Of a DNA stretch of 64,000 nt, positions 40,516-54,700 are shown one piece after another. Below the pieces are notes generated by a model. That model ran no database searches, was not told the DNA's origin, and saw nothing but the letters and a program-made list of their open reading frames with translations. Position numbers and translations under genes: made by a program. How positions within the stretch are numbered: position 1 is the stretch's first letter; the number at the start of each line of letters is the position of its first letter. The DNA is taken from assembly GCF_000150275.1 (NCBI RefSeq), contig NW_002060948.1, positions 4,250,395 to 4,314,394 on the forward strand. Reading direction: 5' to 3'. The DNA is from Trichoplax adhaerens (Eukaryota; Animalia; Placozoa).

Positions 40516-43500
40516 TTAGCCATTGTTAGATTGATTTTCATTATTTTCGTAGCTTTCATAAATGTTATCTGAAATATTTTCTTCAGGTAAGCTGATACTT
40601 TGGCTGTTATTATTTGTAGCTCCTGCGATATAAACATTCTCTTTAGTTGGAAGCACTTTGAGTTGTACATCTGCCTGATGCGATTTGTAGGATCGTTTGT
40701 GTTTAAAGTACAGGATTAGAAATATTAGAATCAAAATAGTGGCACCGACAGTACCGACAGAAACTCCAATAATTAAAATGAGGTTTTGTGTTGTCTCCCC
40801 ACATCTAGTGCCTCGAAATCCTGCTGTACAGTTGCATCTTTGCTGGCCGTCTACGATGTGGCACTTCCCACCATTGTAACAGAAATTGTTACCGCAATCA
40901 TTATCAGAATAGCATCCTGTGTTGGAATAGGGATTACCTTGATAACCTGTTTCGCAGAGACAGCTATAAGATCCTTCCGTATTTACGCATATTGTATTTT
41001 TACCACATGAAGACTTATTTAAGCATTCATCAATGTCGATGCAGTTGCTTCCTGAATAGCCCGCTTTACATCGACATAAATAAGTACCTAGCAAGTTGAC
41101 ACATATTTGGCTAACATTGTTGCAACTGTTATCGATATTATTTGCACATTCGTCATAATCTTTAATAACGGCCTTCTGTAAATATTGTCCATTGATGGTG
41201 ACATTGCTACTAGTAATAATATTGCGTAGTTCATGTAGACTAAAGTTTGCTGTCAGTTGGAATAGTACATGGTAATCTATAATAATGCTGCCTGATCGAA
41301 AGCCTTTTACTTTAACTTGTTCAAAATTGGGGCTTGTTACTGAGGATGAATTAAAAGCAATTGTTAGCGCGGTAGTAGCTCTTCTTTGAAGTATTTGATA
41401 TTCAGCACTTGTTTGATCATTCAGTGACGAATTGAAATTACTAGTAATCTCAACAATTCCGATAAATAATTTACCATGTTGACAATGTGAATCTGATTGC
41501 AATTGCACTTCTGATAATAGACTATTGGAATAATATCCGATCTTACAACTGCAATATATGTTGTTGTGATATGTCATACAGTTTGCCTTTTTACCGCAAT
41601 TCTTGCTGTTATTACAAATAATTTCTGGAGTACAATCAATTCCATTACCGTAGTAGCCTAATTTGCATTGACATAGATAAGATCCAACAGTATTTATACA
41701 GTTAGCTTGAGTATGACAGTTATTCTGATTGAGTGAGCATTCATCGATGTCTTGACATAGAGACATAGCTTGACCTGAAAATCCAGGATCACACTTACAT
41801 ATGTAAGAACCATTAACGTTGAGGCAGGTAGAGTTATCAACACATTTATTTGTAGTAGTAGTAGAATTGCATTCGTTGGTATCATGACAAGTATAACCAT
41901 CGCCGTTATATCCAGATCTGCACTGACATTGATACGATCCCATAGTGTTAATGCACTGTGCAAAACTAGAACAGTTATGATGCGATGACGAACATTCGTT
42001 TTCGTCAACGCACGATTTTCCATTACCGGTATATCCTAACTTGCATTTGCATAGATAGGATCCTACATTATTAATACAATTAGCATTAGTGTGGCATTGA
42101 TTATAATTATTCGTAAAACATTCATTAATATCTTCACATATGAATCCGGTTCCTGTATAGCCAGAGTTACAGAAACAAGTATAAGATCCATTATTATTGA
42201 CACATTTGCTATGAATGGAGCAGTTGTGTAATCCAAGCGAACATTCATTGATGTCAGAACACGTTTTACCATTTCCAGTATATCCAGGATAACAAGAGCA
42301 CGTATACGATCCAATATTATTAAAGCAACGACTATTAGCTGAACAAACATTGCTGTTAAGTGTGCATTCGTTGACGTCCGTACATACCAATCCATTACCT
42401 ATAAAACCTTCATTGCATTGACATCTGTAAGATCCATTGGTATTACTACAGTTAGCTTTGGAACTGCAGGGATTATGCTGTAGTGATAAACATTCGTCTA
42501 TATCATTACATATATATCCATTTCCAGTATAGCCAGGTTTGCAGTTACAATTATACGACCCGATAATGTTTGTACATATTGCGTTAATCGAACATGTATC
42601 GACTCCAGTGGCGCATTCATTAATATCTTCACAGGTCCAACCATCTACTCTAAATTTATAACCTGCTAGACAATTACAAGTATAATTGCCCATGGTGTTA
42701 GTGCATTGATGATAACAAGGTGATGGACTTGCATCGCATTCATCTATATCGACACACTCAGTCAGGCTGCTATTCAAAAGGTGGTAACCTTTATTACAAG
42801 AACAAACTATAGATGAATTAACATAAATACAAATTTGTGAGCAATTATGACCTGGTGAGCATGGATTTGTATTATTACAAGTAAAACCGTCGCTGTTTAA
42901 TTGGAAGCCTTGATAACATTGACAAGAGTATGATCCTATAGTGTTAATACATTGTTGATCGCAGGGGTTATAGCGATTGCATTCGTCGATATCAACGCAT
43001 GTATGCTGATCATTACTCAACTCGTAGCCACTATTGCATGAGCAGGTGTAGTTGCCTTCTGTATTATTACATAAATGATCGCAATTTCCATTAGTTATAT
43101 TACATTCGTCGATATCGAAGCAAGTATATCCGTTACCTTGGTAACCTAGTTTACAAATGCATTCATATAAACCGGGTTGATTAATACATATCGCAAGATA
43201 ACTGCAATTGGCATTTCCGAATGTGCATTCATCAATGTCAGTACAGCCTTTCTTATCGTTATCCAGCTGATATCCAGGTAGACATTGGCAACTATAACTT
43301 CCATCTTCGTTGATACATGTTTGATTACACTGATGGGTTCCATTTTCACATTCATTTAAGTCGTAACATTTTCGTCCATCGACAATATAACCTATAGGAC
43401 AATGACTACAAGTGTAGCCAGCTTGCGGCGCCAGATTATCTGTACATGTTATATTTTCGAAACAGGGTTGATCAGCACATGCATCAAAATCTGATGTACA

Positions 43501-45744
43501 ATAATCTCCAGTCCATGCCGGATCACAAATGCATTCAACTAGATCTATATTTTCAATGCGAACCATTTCAGCATTATAATCACAGATTCCATTATTTAAA
43601 CAGTAACACATGATGACTTGCGGCATTAGTTCACTTGTTGCTCCTTTAGAATCTGTTGCAACAAATTTTAAAGTAATATTTTGGATAGTCGAAACATTCC
43701 AGGTAAGAATTAATGATTCTTTATCAAATATAGCATTTCGAGGTGAGTCGATCAATTGAATCGTTACCATATCACCCGGATTTGGGTCTGACACATTCAA
43801 CTTTGTTATAAATGTTTCTCCATATGTGACATTGTATATTTCCAGTCCTGATATTTGAGGTGGAAAGTTTTCTAACTGAATATTTGTTTCTTCATTGCTT
43901 ATGGAATTATTTTTGCTTATGATAGCAGCATTGAGATTTTGAGTTAGTGCTGCATCATAAAGACAAGTATAGTCGTTTCCGCACTGATCTACAGATTGAT
44001 TGTAGAAAAAAGTATTATTGCCAAACAATGCAACGATATTGTCACCAAATATTGGAGTAAATTCTGGATCCGTATAATTATAATAGGATTGATCGCTAGG
44101 ATAAGTGAAAAGTGAATCACTGATATTAATGGCCCACAACTGACCGAAATCATAATAGATTTGTGATTCTGTGGAATTAATATCGAGGTATGTTCCATCT
44201 GGCTTTTTGAAGTCATCGTCAATGTTATCATTCCACGTTCCTAGTAATCCAGCAGTATCACCTTTAATTTCCTCTGGACCGTTCATGGTAATAGTTAACA
44301 TCTCTGTTAGCATTGTTACTTCAACAGAAATTCCTGATGAAAATACTGCAGCGAGTGACTGATTAGATATTTTAACTATATCAACATTAGTATACTCACG
44401 GGATTCATTTAAAAGTAAAGAATCCATAGAGAATGCAACGGTGCTATTAACCAATACATCGATACCATTAAATGCTGAATTAAGTGAAAACTGAATAATA
44501 TCTGCGTTATTTTCTGTTGTAGCTACGCCTGAAAATACGGTAGCCGCTGCCGATAATGAACCGTTCGTTATTGTACGCATAGTACGCCCTTGTAATATAA
44601 ATGAACGATTTCCTGTTTGCAGTAAGACATATTCACCTAATCCATTGAAGGTATATTGTTTGCCATCTAAGGTTTTAATATGTGGATCGCCCCAGGTCCA
44701 AGCTCTTCTAGGGGGTCTATATCCTCTGCATGCATTAATGGGTCTTTTACTTATATATAAATTGCATAAGCTAGATTTAATACAGCAATCTCTTAATGCT
44801 CGGTAATCATAGAACTGATAGTAGTAATTTTTAAAGATAAATGAACTACCAGAAGGATACGTTGTAATAAGCGAACCAAAAGATGATCCAAGTGATGAGT
44901 AGCAGCATCTTTGATAGACACGTCTACCATTTTTAGCTCTACGTGAAAATCTTGATCTTGCACAGAAAGTAAAAATATTAAATCGAAATCGCCGATCCCA
45001 AATTGCTTGAAAAAACGTGCAAGGACAGGGTCTTCTTCTTAGTGCACGAAGATACATAGATGGAGAAATTTCGTTTGCATTCCATAGTTGACACCGATAT
45101 ACATGATTAACACGATAGATAGAAGGACTATCAATTCTATACATCCACCTTCCTTTTTTACCATAATTACCAAATGTGCTATCAATATAGAGAAGGTTTT
45201 TTGTATGTGAATCGGGTAATTCATATGTATAAGCTGATACTCCGTTACTATAACCAGCGCGAGGTCTAATAAATTTATACCTTTTCCACCAGTTCATTCC
45301 TTTATCATCGTAAAGAAAGTTTACAAACAAATTATTGCCATTCGATACCAGTATCAGTTGAAAAGTACTTGTTACGCCATATTTTGCTGAGCGAAAGGAC
45401 GGATATGGAACGATTTTATCCCATGTAATAACTATTACCAGGGAGGCCTCAAAGTTTGTTATAATTTGTTTGAATAGACCATATTGGTTTAGGTTAGGAT
45501 TATTATTGATAAAGTTTTGGTATTGATTTACATCATTTGTAGCAGAACTTAAAGTCTGCTCAGTTGATAAGGAGGGATTTAGAACTGAATGCTGGCTAAC
45601 ATAAATTTTAGAATATGAAGCATACGTACTGTCAGCATCTGCAAAAAATGGAGCTATAATAGGAACATGTTTAGATGTATACAACGGGTTAGCAGAACTT
45701 CCATAATACGCTTGATTGAAGGAAATGAATCCATTCATTGAAAT
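40516..45744 (-). CDS. 5.2-kb single exon: NIDO, AMOP, vWD (GDPH), EGF array, SEA, EGFs, TM, cytoplasmic tail (MUC4/SUSD2/Mesh-like)
   Basis: ORF 40516-45738 contains NIDO ([25 protein letters not shown]), AMOP ([20 protein letters not shown]), vWD ([37 protein letters not shown]), cbEGFs, SEA ([12 protein letters not shown]) and TM ([30 protein letters not shown]). Confidence 0.95.
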   Translation of the reverse strand: MSMNGFISFNQAYYGSSANPLYTSKHVPIIAPFFADADSTYASYSKIYVSQHSVLNPSLSTEQTLSSATNDVNQYQNFINNNPNLNQYGLFKQIITNFEASLVIVITWDKIVPYPSFRSAKYGVTSTFQLILVSNGNNLFVNFLYDDKGMNWWKRYKFIRPRAGYSNGVSAYTYELPDSHTKNLLYIDSTFGNYGKKGRWMYRIDSPSIYRVNHVYRCQLWNANEISPSMYLRALRRRPCPCTFFQAIWDRRFRFNIFTFCARSRFSRRAKNGRRVYQRCCYSSLGSSFGSLITTYPSGSSFIFKNYYYQFYDYRALRDCCIKSSLCNLYISKRPINACRGYRPPRRAWTWGDPHIKTLDGKQYTFNGLGEYVLLQTGNRSFILQGRTMRTITNGSLSAAATVFSGVATTENNADIIQFSLNSAFNGIDVLVNSTVAFSMDSLLLNESREYTNVDIVKISNQSLAAVFSSGISVEVTMLTEMLTITMNGPEEIKGDTAGLLGTWNDNIDDDFKKPDGTYLDINSTESQIYYDFGQLWAINISDSLFTYPSDQSYYNYTDPEFTPIFGDNIVALFGNNTFFYNQSVDQCGNDYTCLYDAALTQNLNAAIISKNNSISNEETNIQLENFPPQISGLEIYNVTYGETFITKLNVSDPNPGDMVTIQLIDSPRNAIFDKESLILTWNVSTIQNITLKFVATDSKGATSELMPQVIMCYCLNNGICDYNAEMVRIENIDLVECICDPAWTGDYCTSDFDACADQPCFENITCTDNLAPQAGYTCSHCPIGYIVDGRKCYDLNECENGTHQCNQTCINEDGSYSCQCLPGYQLDNDKKGCTDIDECTFGNANCSYLAICINQPGLYECICKLGYQGNGYTCFDIDECNITNGNCDHLCNNTEGNYTCSCNSGYELSNDQHTCVDIDECNRYNPCDQQCINTIGSYSCQCYQGFQLNSDGFTCNNTNPCSPGHNCSQICIYVNSSIVCSCNKGYHLLNSSLTECVDIDECDASPSPCYHQCTNTMGNYTCNCLAGYKFRVDGWTCEDINECATGVDTCSINAICTNIIGSYNCNCKPGYTGNGYICNDIDECLSLQHNPCSSKANCSNTNGSYRCQCNEGFIGNGLVCTDVNECTLNSNVCSANSRCFNNIGSYTCSCYPGYTGNGKTCSDINECSLGLHNCSIHSKCVNNNGSYTCFCNSGYTGTGFICEDINECFTNNYNQCHTNANCINNVGSYLCKCKLGYTGNGKSCVDENECSSSHHNCSSFAQCINTMGSYQCQCRSGYNGDGYTCHDTNECNSTTTTNKCVDNSTCLNVNGSYICKCDPGFSGQAMSLCQDIDECSLNQNNCHTQANCINTVGSYLCQCKLGYYGNGIDCTPEIICNNSKNCGKKANCMTYHNNIYCSCKIGYYSNSLLSEVQLQSDSHCQHGKLFIGIVEITSNFNSSLNDQTSAEYQILQRRATTALTIAFNSSSVTSPNFEQVKVKGFRSGSIIIDYHVLFQLTANFSLHELRNIITSSNVTINGQYLQKAVIKDYDECANNIDNSCNNVSQICVNLLGTYLCRCKAGYSGSNCIDIDECLNKSSCGKNTICVNTEGSYSCLCETGYQGNPYSNTGCYSDNDCGNNFCYNGGKCHIVDGQQRCNCTAGFRGTRCGETTQNLILIIGVSVGTVGATILILIFLILYFKHKRSYKSHQADVQLKVLPTKENVYIAGATNNNSQSISLPEENISDNIYESYENNENQSNNG

Positions 45745-48700
45745 CTAAAATTGGTGGTGATTAGTGTAATTGTAGCCTTGATATCTAAATTTTATTACTA
45801 TTTTAAGTTAATTAATTGTTGAGAAAACTTACATATAATTTGCGGTAAAATTTGTTCATGTAAAATATTGGAGATCTCAAGTTGATAACGAACGACGCAT
45901 CATCTACTCTTCCAAACGACTGATCACTTGCCTGTGGCCCATATGGATATAATCTCAGTTCTTTAAAGAAAATTGCATAGGAATATTAATAGCAATTACT
46001 ACAATAGCAGGTCTTAATTGTGCTCATAGAAAAAATTACCGGCTATCAGTAATTTACTAGATACAGTTATGAAAGCCTTGGCTGCTACGTTCTGAATTAT
46101 TGTTTAAAATGAGTAATGTATCTTACATGTGCATATTACCCATATTACCTTTGCAGATTGAGCCATTGCCAACAAAACCTGGGTTGCATATGCAAGTATA
46201 GGAGCCAAGTGAATTATAACACGTTGCATCTGGACTGCATTGGTTCGATCCTATACTGCATTCATTTACATCTAAAATTTTAAATAAAAACTTAATTAAT
46301 TATGCAGTCGTAATACTTTCTCAACTTTTACTTGTAGAAAATTCCAGTGAATTTACGTACAAAGTGTAATTGGTTATGAAAATATAAAATACAGTCACGG
46401 AAGACGAACATACGTAAAGTAGGTAAATTTGTATCGTTACCTGAGCAGATGCGTCCATTTCCAGTAAATCCTGACTTGCATAGACATTGATAAGACCCGT
46501 TCAAGTTATTGCAAATTGCGTTAGTATGACATCCATGAGTATAAGAGATGCATTCATTCACATCTATTAGATCATATTCCAAGAAATTTATTATGAAATT
46601 AATAATAAAATAGATTCTAACCCATTCATTTAAAATCAGTAATTATATTCTTTCTAAAATATTGCTGACCAAATTTAAGGCTAGAACTTTGAAAGGGATT
46701 GTATTAAAAATACCTTTACAATTGAATCCGTTTCCTGTGAATCCGGGCTTACATTGACATGCATAAGACCCGTAGGAGTTGCTACATATTGCATTACTAT
46801 TACAACGATGTATCCCAATGCTACATTCATTAACATCTAGAAATTCATGGAACAATGATATAATTTTGTTAGACAGTAGGGATAAACATCGATAGCATAG
46901 TTCATAATAATTAATGTACGATTTTACTGTCCTGAAATCGGTGCTGCAGTTATTTTAATGTCCAGTTAAACGGTACTAAACAATTAATTTGTACATTATT
47001 TGGTATAATGTACTTCTAAAATAATTGAAGTTTTTATATTTTAACATTAGTTAGCAATTCGTCGATTTACGAAAACAAGTTTTATGATTTGCAAAAAATC
47101 TGAAAAAATTGTGTAAACGAAGAAAGCATATCAAGTAAATCGTCTGTACTATGAATTAATCGGAAAGAAATTCAATTTAAGATATAGGTAGTGGTTAGAT
47201 TATTACTCTCCATATGAAGATCCTTCGTCATTCTATCCATATTAAACAATAACTTGAAGAGTGAAAAATGCGCTCAAAAATGCGATATATTCAATTTAAA
47301 TCGGAAATTTACGTACCGAATTGGCAGTGAGTCCCACCAAATCCGCTATTGTTGCAAAAACAAGAGTAAGAATTTATTCCGTCTAGGCAAATTCCACCAT
47401 TTTGGCATGGATTGGATATGCATTCATCGATATTAAATTGACAGAGAGCACCACTATATCCAGATGAGCATATGCAACTGTAAGAAGCGATATGATCTAT
47501 ACAACTTCCTCCATTAATACAAGGTGATGACAAGCAATCATCAATATCTATGAATTAGTATCATGTAGAAAATAAGAAGTCTAGATTAGTCTTACTTTCG
47601 GATTTAGTAAGAATGGACTATTCTTACTGCTACGTATCTTTCACTAGTATAACATGACCTAAATGTGCTACTATGTTCTATTTAATTTTTAATCTTAGCA
47701 GATTCTGATACACTATTTTGCAAAAAGTTTTTAAGGATACCACTAGATATCATTATATATGAACTTAAACAAATACAACTTTTACTCTTCCAGAATTATA
47801 TCAAACAATTAGTGTACAAAATCTATAGATCTTACTCGTTTCGCAATGGATTCCAGTGAAACCAGTCGATGAACAATTGCAGGTATAAATATCAACACCA
47901 CGGATACATTGACCACTATTTACACAAGGCGATGATGAACATCTATCAACTATGATATCACAGCGATTGTTAGTATAGCCAGGTAAACAGTTGCAATTGT
48001 AATGATCGATTAAATCGATGCATGTTCCTGAATTTTGGCATGGGTAGGAAGCACATTCATCAATATTTACTTCACAATGTGTTCCAGTATAACCAGGTTG
48101 GCATGTACAATTATACATATCGACCATATCGTTACACATGCCGCCGTTTATACATGGAAAGCTACTACATTCATTGATACATGTTTCACATTGGTGTCCT
48201 GTATAGCCAGATAAGCAAGAACAATTATATTTATTTATATAGTCATTGCATCGGCCACCATTTAAACACGGCTTAGATTGACATTCATTGTAATCAATTT
48301 TGCAATCTGTTCCTCGATATCCAGATAAACAAGTACAGTTATAACCATTGATAAGATTGTGGCAAGTAGCTAAGTTTTGGCAAGGATTACTATTGCATTC
48401 ATTAATTTCTGCCTCGCATTGGTATCCAGTAAAGCCAGGTACACAAGAACAATTATATCGGTTAATAAGATCATGACATGTGCCATTATTAAAACATGGA
48501 CGGCTTTCACATTCATCGATATTAGTTTGGCAAACATCTTCTGAATAACCAGGTAGACAAATGCAAATGTATCTATCTATGAGATCTCTGCATGTTCCGC
48601 CATTTTGACATGGATTACTAATGCATTCGTTAATATTGGATTGACAGTGAGCTCCAGTAAATCCAGTAGTACAATTGCAATCGTATCTATTAATGCGATT

Positions 48701-51700
48701 GATACATTCGCCATTATTTTGGCAAGGCAATGATAGACATTCATTTATATCTTGTTCACAATGTGTACTAGTATAGCCAGCTCTGCATTGGCAAGCATAA
48801 GTATCAATTATATCGACGCATGTAGCGTTATTCTGGCATGGAGAAGAACTGCATTCGTTGATATCTGTTGAAAGTAGATAGAAATAAGTAATAAATCTTG
48901 TAAAATAAATAAAATCACATGAAGCTAGACATTTAACAATTTTTCAACAATTCTCAGGTTGAAGCATTTCTATATAAATGTGAATATTAACTGACTTATT
49001 TCACATTCATCGCCTGCAAATCCAGCCGAACAATTGCAATTATATCTGTTGACAAGATTGATACATTTGCCATGATTTTGACATGGTAATGATAGACATT
49101 CATTTATGTCTTGTTCACAATTTAAACCACTATATCCAGAGCTGCATTGGCAAGTGTAACCATTAATTATATCGGCGCATGTAGCGTTATTCTGGCATGG
49201 AGAAGAGCTACATTCGTTGATATCTGTTGCACGTAGACAGAAATTAGTAATAAATCTTGTAAAAAATTAAAATTGATATACTTAGATATTTAACTATTGT
49301 TCGATGAGTGTATTATTATGAATATTAAAAAGTTACTGACTTATTTCACATTGATCGCCCACGAATCCCGAAGCACAGGTACAATTATAATAGTTTGGGG
49401 CAGAATTAAAACATGTTGCTCCATTCTGACATGGGACAAATCTGCATCGATTAATGTCTATATTCATACCGATAAGTTACCGGATTAATAGGATGATATT
49501 CTGAATTAAAATTTACATATCAAAGATCTGTAAATCTGGATAACTTTATATATCAAAAGTCTTACCATCTTCGCAGAGATTTCCATAGTAATTGGATGTA
49601 CAATTACATGAGAATGAATTGATTTTATTAATACATATGCCATTATTTAGACAGGGTTCAACATGGCATTCGTTGATATCTGTTACAATTACAAATTTTA
49701 TACGTTTAGAATTGTTAGGAATAGATATCAGGTGATAAAATAGTATTATCAATTAGCAGAAACAGAGATTGTTTATAATACAAGATGTTGCGCCGACTAT
49801 CTAAAATAGTAAGTAATCTAATTATAGCTTACTGTTCTCGCAGTTAGTGCCACAATAACCAGAATTACAGTTACATTGATATTGATTTGATCCAAAATTA
49901 ATACAAGTGCCTCCATTCTGACACGGTGTTATCCTGCATCGATCATGATCTAATCATAATATGATCTTTGTTTAGTAAACAGTTTTCAATTAATTACAAA
50001 GATGGTACTTGGATTGAATTATTGAACAGCTTATTCATCTCAGTTTGTTAGGAAAAATAAAGCCATTGGATTACTGAAGTTTACAGTATGAAATGTTGAA
50101 AAGACTACATTTATTAATTTTATACATGTTAGATGGTGCAATAAAGTAGCTTTTATTTTTCATCTTACCGCTTTCACAGTTTGTTCCATTATAACCTAGC
50201 GCACAAATACAAGCATATCCATTTATAGAATCACTGCAACTTGCATTGTTACTGCACGGATTGGAAATACATTCGTCAATATCTAAGACAACCAATATTT
50301 CATCATAAGTACAAGCTAGTTATTTCTGCATATTAAATTAGCAATCTTTCTTGTCCTTTATAATTAATTTATGGATATGAGACAGTTACTTGTTTCACAA
50401 TGTGTTCCGGTAAATCCAACTGCACAACTACAATTATAGCTATCAGGTAAGATATTTGTGCATATAGCATCATTTAAACAGGGTCGCAATCGGCAGCGGT
50501 TATTATCTGCAGTGGATGAAAACATTTTAATTATAAATTTAATTCATTGAAATAGTGTATATTAAAAAATATTATAGTAGTCCAGTTTATAATTACAGCT
50601 ATCATTCATTAAGTGATAAACAAGTTAACAACACCTTATTTATTAATTGTAAGTGCAAATGATATTAATTTTTATTCAAACCATTTTGGCAGTTGGGACC
50701 ACTAAAGTTAGCTCTACAAACGCAATCATTGCCGGATACGCAATATCCATTCGCTGGATAGTAATATAGTAATTGCAGAAGACAAAAGGTACAGGTTAGC
50801 TAAATTTCTAAACTTAAATTATCTTCCATAACTAAGATTAACAAGTTAATAAAAAATAGCAATCCTTGACACCTGTGCATCCCTCTTTAATTGTGCATTG
50901 GTTGCATAAATTTCCAGTCCAGCCACTGCTGCATCTATTAATTTGCGACACGTTGAGTCAAGCTTGTATACTAGTATAAGTCGCATGATGAGGATAGTAA
51001 AGTAATACTTCTTAATACTGTAAGAGAGGCGAAAGAATTATTGACTTACAAGCACCCTCCAGGGGTATTTTTGCAACTTGCATGAGACAGGTCACAACCA
51101 TCCTTGCATATAGCTTAATTTGATATAAGTAGAATATAATTATTAGATCGCTATTAAACAGATATCATAATGATAATTCAATAGACATTTTTGAATTACT
51201 TATGGCTTTAATATCTACTTTGATTTTAAAAATTAAGCTTACCGGTATCACATATCGTTCCTACCCAACCTATTGCGCAAGAACAGTTATAACCATTAAC
51301 GAGGTCTTCACAGGTGGCAGAATTTAAGCAAGGATTGGAAGAACATTCATTGGTATCTACCGTTCATATTTTAATAAATATTTGTACGTTATGTTAAAGT
51401 ATAAAGTTAGTTCATTTTGAAAATTGTAAGGTTATCGAAGCTGGTTTATTTTATTGAAGTATTATGTAAAATGTAATGAAGTAATTTTAACTTTGATCGC
51501 AACACATATTTTAGATCTGTATTCGTCGATACGGTGTTCTATTACTCATGCGTGAAGGTTAGCATCTTATCAAAACTACTACAGCATTGGTAGTAGCATA
51601 AAAAAGAATTCGTTTCTCCTATTAATGAATTAGTATCAAAATTGATGACTTAAGATAATAAAATTTCAGTAGCATTAAATCTATTGATTGTAATGATGAC

Positions 51701-54700
51701 AAATTCTACATACGTTTTCGATAGTAAAATATTGTGTTACTGTCATGGCTGTATTAGTCATTGCTGTATCAGAGACTGTTGAAAGAATGTCGTATGATAC
51801 CGATACAGCATAAATATGATATTTCTACTACGAAAATAGGTATTTAGCCGCAATACAGTTATGGACTCCTGAAATCTCTATGATTGTTATAATTTGCTAG
51901 AGAAATTAGCACTAGTACTTCAGTCCTGGCAATGCGATACAACAATCAATTAGCTGCTTAGGTGTTTCCTTATGATACTTTTATTTCTCAACAGTTCTTT
52001 CGGTTTATAATCGAACATTATCTTAACTACTTCGCATGAACTGTGAAACAACGACACCCAATTTGTACTGCTGATCATGTCCTCATAGTAATCGCAGTAT
52101 CATAGTACTGTACTACATAACATTAATACCGTATACTAAAATCATAATAATGATAGAGTACGCTGTAAAGCCGGTAATAGAGGACTAATTTTTCGCTTTT
52201 TTCAATTTATATTATATGCAAGACAGATGATAATGAAATTGATATGGCCATAGTGAAAAAGAGAAATTTAATTGTGTATTGCCCGGATTTAGTTTGAGTA
52301 ATCATTAAAGTTGGCTGGTTTTATATAGTTCAGATAATTTTGATCTTGTACTAATAGTGAAAGTGAGTCAAAAATACTTGTTTCATTGCTATTTCAAATG
52401 TAACCTGAATATCATGTACATTATACAGCTATATAGCAGTTCTTAACTAAATGAAACAATTTCCATTATGAAGGCAAGGAATGTCCAGCGCAGTTATCGA
52501 TATTGAAGAATGTTCTTAAAATAGATTACCTTAATCATACCGCGTTTGTAATATTATCAAATAGCATTTTACACTCGTATGGTATTGTATGGGAAATAGA
52601 TGTGACTATAGCACGTAGTAGGGAATATGCTTCTACAAGACGATATTTACGAAGTTTACTTAACAAAATGCGTATAGTAATATTCTGCAGTCTTACTCGT
52701 TTCACAGTGAGTTCCACTAAAACCAGATGATGTACAATTACATGAGTAACTGTTAATACCGTCAATGCATTGTCCGCCATTTGTACAGGGAGACGATGAA
52801 CATTCATTAATATTGATATTACAGTGGGTACCAGTATAACCGACCGAACAGCTACAATTGTATCCATTGACCAAATCATTGCATGATCCTTGGATGCATG
52901 GATTACTTACGCATTCATTGATATTACTTTCACAATTGTCATTTGTATAGCCAGCGGCACAGGTACAGTTATAACGGTTAATTAAATCGATGCAAGTTCC
53001 GTTATATTGACATGGATTTGACGAGCATTCAATAATTTCTATTTCACAATCAAATCCAGTATAGCCAGGTAAGCATAAGCAGTCATATTGATCGATTAAA
53101 TCGTTGCATGTGCCATCGTTTAAGCATGGACCACTTTCGCAATCATCGATATTAGTTTGACATTCATCTCCTTCATAACCAGGTATGCAAGTACAGTTAT
53201 AGCCGTCAATTAAATCTTGACATCTTCCACCATTTTGACAAGGACTACTGCTGCATTCATTGATATTGGTTTGACAATCAGTTCCAGTAAACCCAGAAAT
53301 GCAGTTACAGACATATTTGTTAATTTGATTGATACATTCTCCATCGCTTTGACATGGCAACGATAAACATTCATCAATATCTTGGCTACAATATGCTCCA
53401 GTATAACCAGCAATACACTGGCAGTAATAACCATTAATTACATCAGCACACGTAGCATTATTTAGACATGGAGAGGATAAGCATTCGTTAATGTCTTTAG
53501 AGCATAAATGAAAAGAAGCATATTGAGAAATCAAGTTATGTATTACTAAGATCGGACTTACGCAACAAAGATATAAAAATATCAGATTATCAACTAACTT
53601 ATAGTGCACTGATCGCCTGCGAATCCAGCCAGACAGGTGCATGTATAGCCATTAATGCCATCTTTACAAGTTGATAAGTGTGGGCAGGGATTTGAGAAAC
53701 ACTCATCAATATCTATATACAGTAATAAGATTTGAAATTATTTACTTACATTTCTATATATCGTATTAGAGGGAAGGTGAAATATAAAGACAGAATATGG
53801 TTCAGAATATTTTTGGTACCAATTTTTCTTAATTTGACAGAATAAATAAATATTTCAAAAGTAGAGCTAAGTCTTTTATAACTTTACTTGTTCCGCATTG
53901 GGTTTCAGTATATCCTGCTGCATATGTACAGTTATATCTATTGACTAAGTTATCACAGGTTGTATTGTTTAAGCACGGAGTCGATGTACATTCATTGATA
54001 TTTAAATCATTCAACCTGGACGTAAATGTTCTGCTATTTTAGGCTAATACCTCAAATCTCCGTGTGTTACAAGTAGTAAAATACATAAAAAAATACACAA
54101 TTACCTTGATCACAATTTGTTCCTGTATATCCTGACGCACAAGTACATGTGTAAACGTTGAGGCTAACATAAGAACAAGTACCTCCGTTCTGACATGGTG
54201 AAGATAATCGGCATAAATTACCATCTGGTGTGTATGAAAATAATGTTACTCATTTATTATTTTATCCAGTACACAGTAAAAATTAGAATTATATGTCATT
54301 AATTATCTTGATACAATTCATTATATATATAGTTAAGTATTCAGAATTGATGATAGATACCAGTTTCACAATGAGTTCCTGTCCAATCAGAAGGACAATT
54401 GCAAGTGTAACTATTTACACCATCGACACATGTAGAGTAAGCATGTTGACATGGATTCGATACACATTCGTCGATATCTATCATGTAGTTTAATTAGATA
54501 GAGTAGATTAAGGGTAAGTAAATACCTCAAAATACTATCAGCCAGCCTCAAGAATATATTTACGTATAATAGACACTATATTGCAGTCGAGGCTACTTTG
54601 AAAGCTGAATTTAATTAAGTAAAGTTTACTTGTGCTGCAGATCGCTCCTGTATATCCGGCTGCACATGTACAATTATAGTAGAGATGATAGTCGTGGCAT

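Noticed and set aside
46040-46091. AG...GT-bounded mini-exon between the cbEGF and NIDO exons
   Set aside because: Gives [11 protein letters not shown] in the incoming phase. It is probably an EGF remnant and is not needed for the frame.
51788-52056. TGTCGT...ACGACA 6-bp terminal inverted repeat in a gene B intron
   Set aside because: Flanks aagaa/cccaa give no TSD and there is no second copy.
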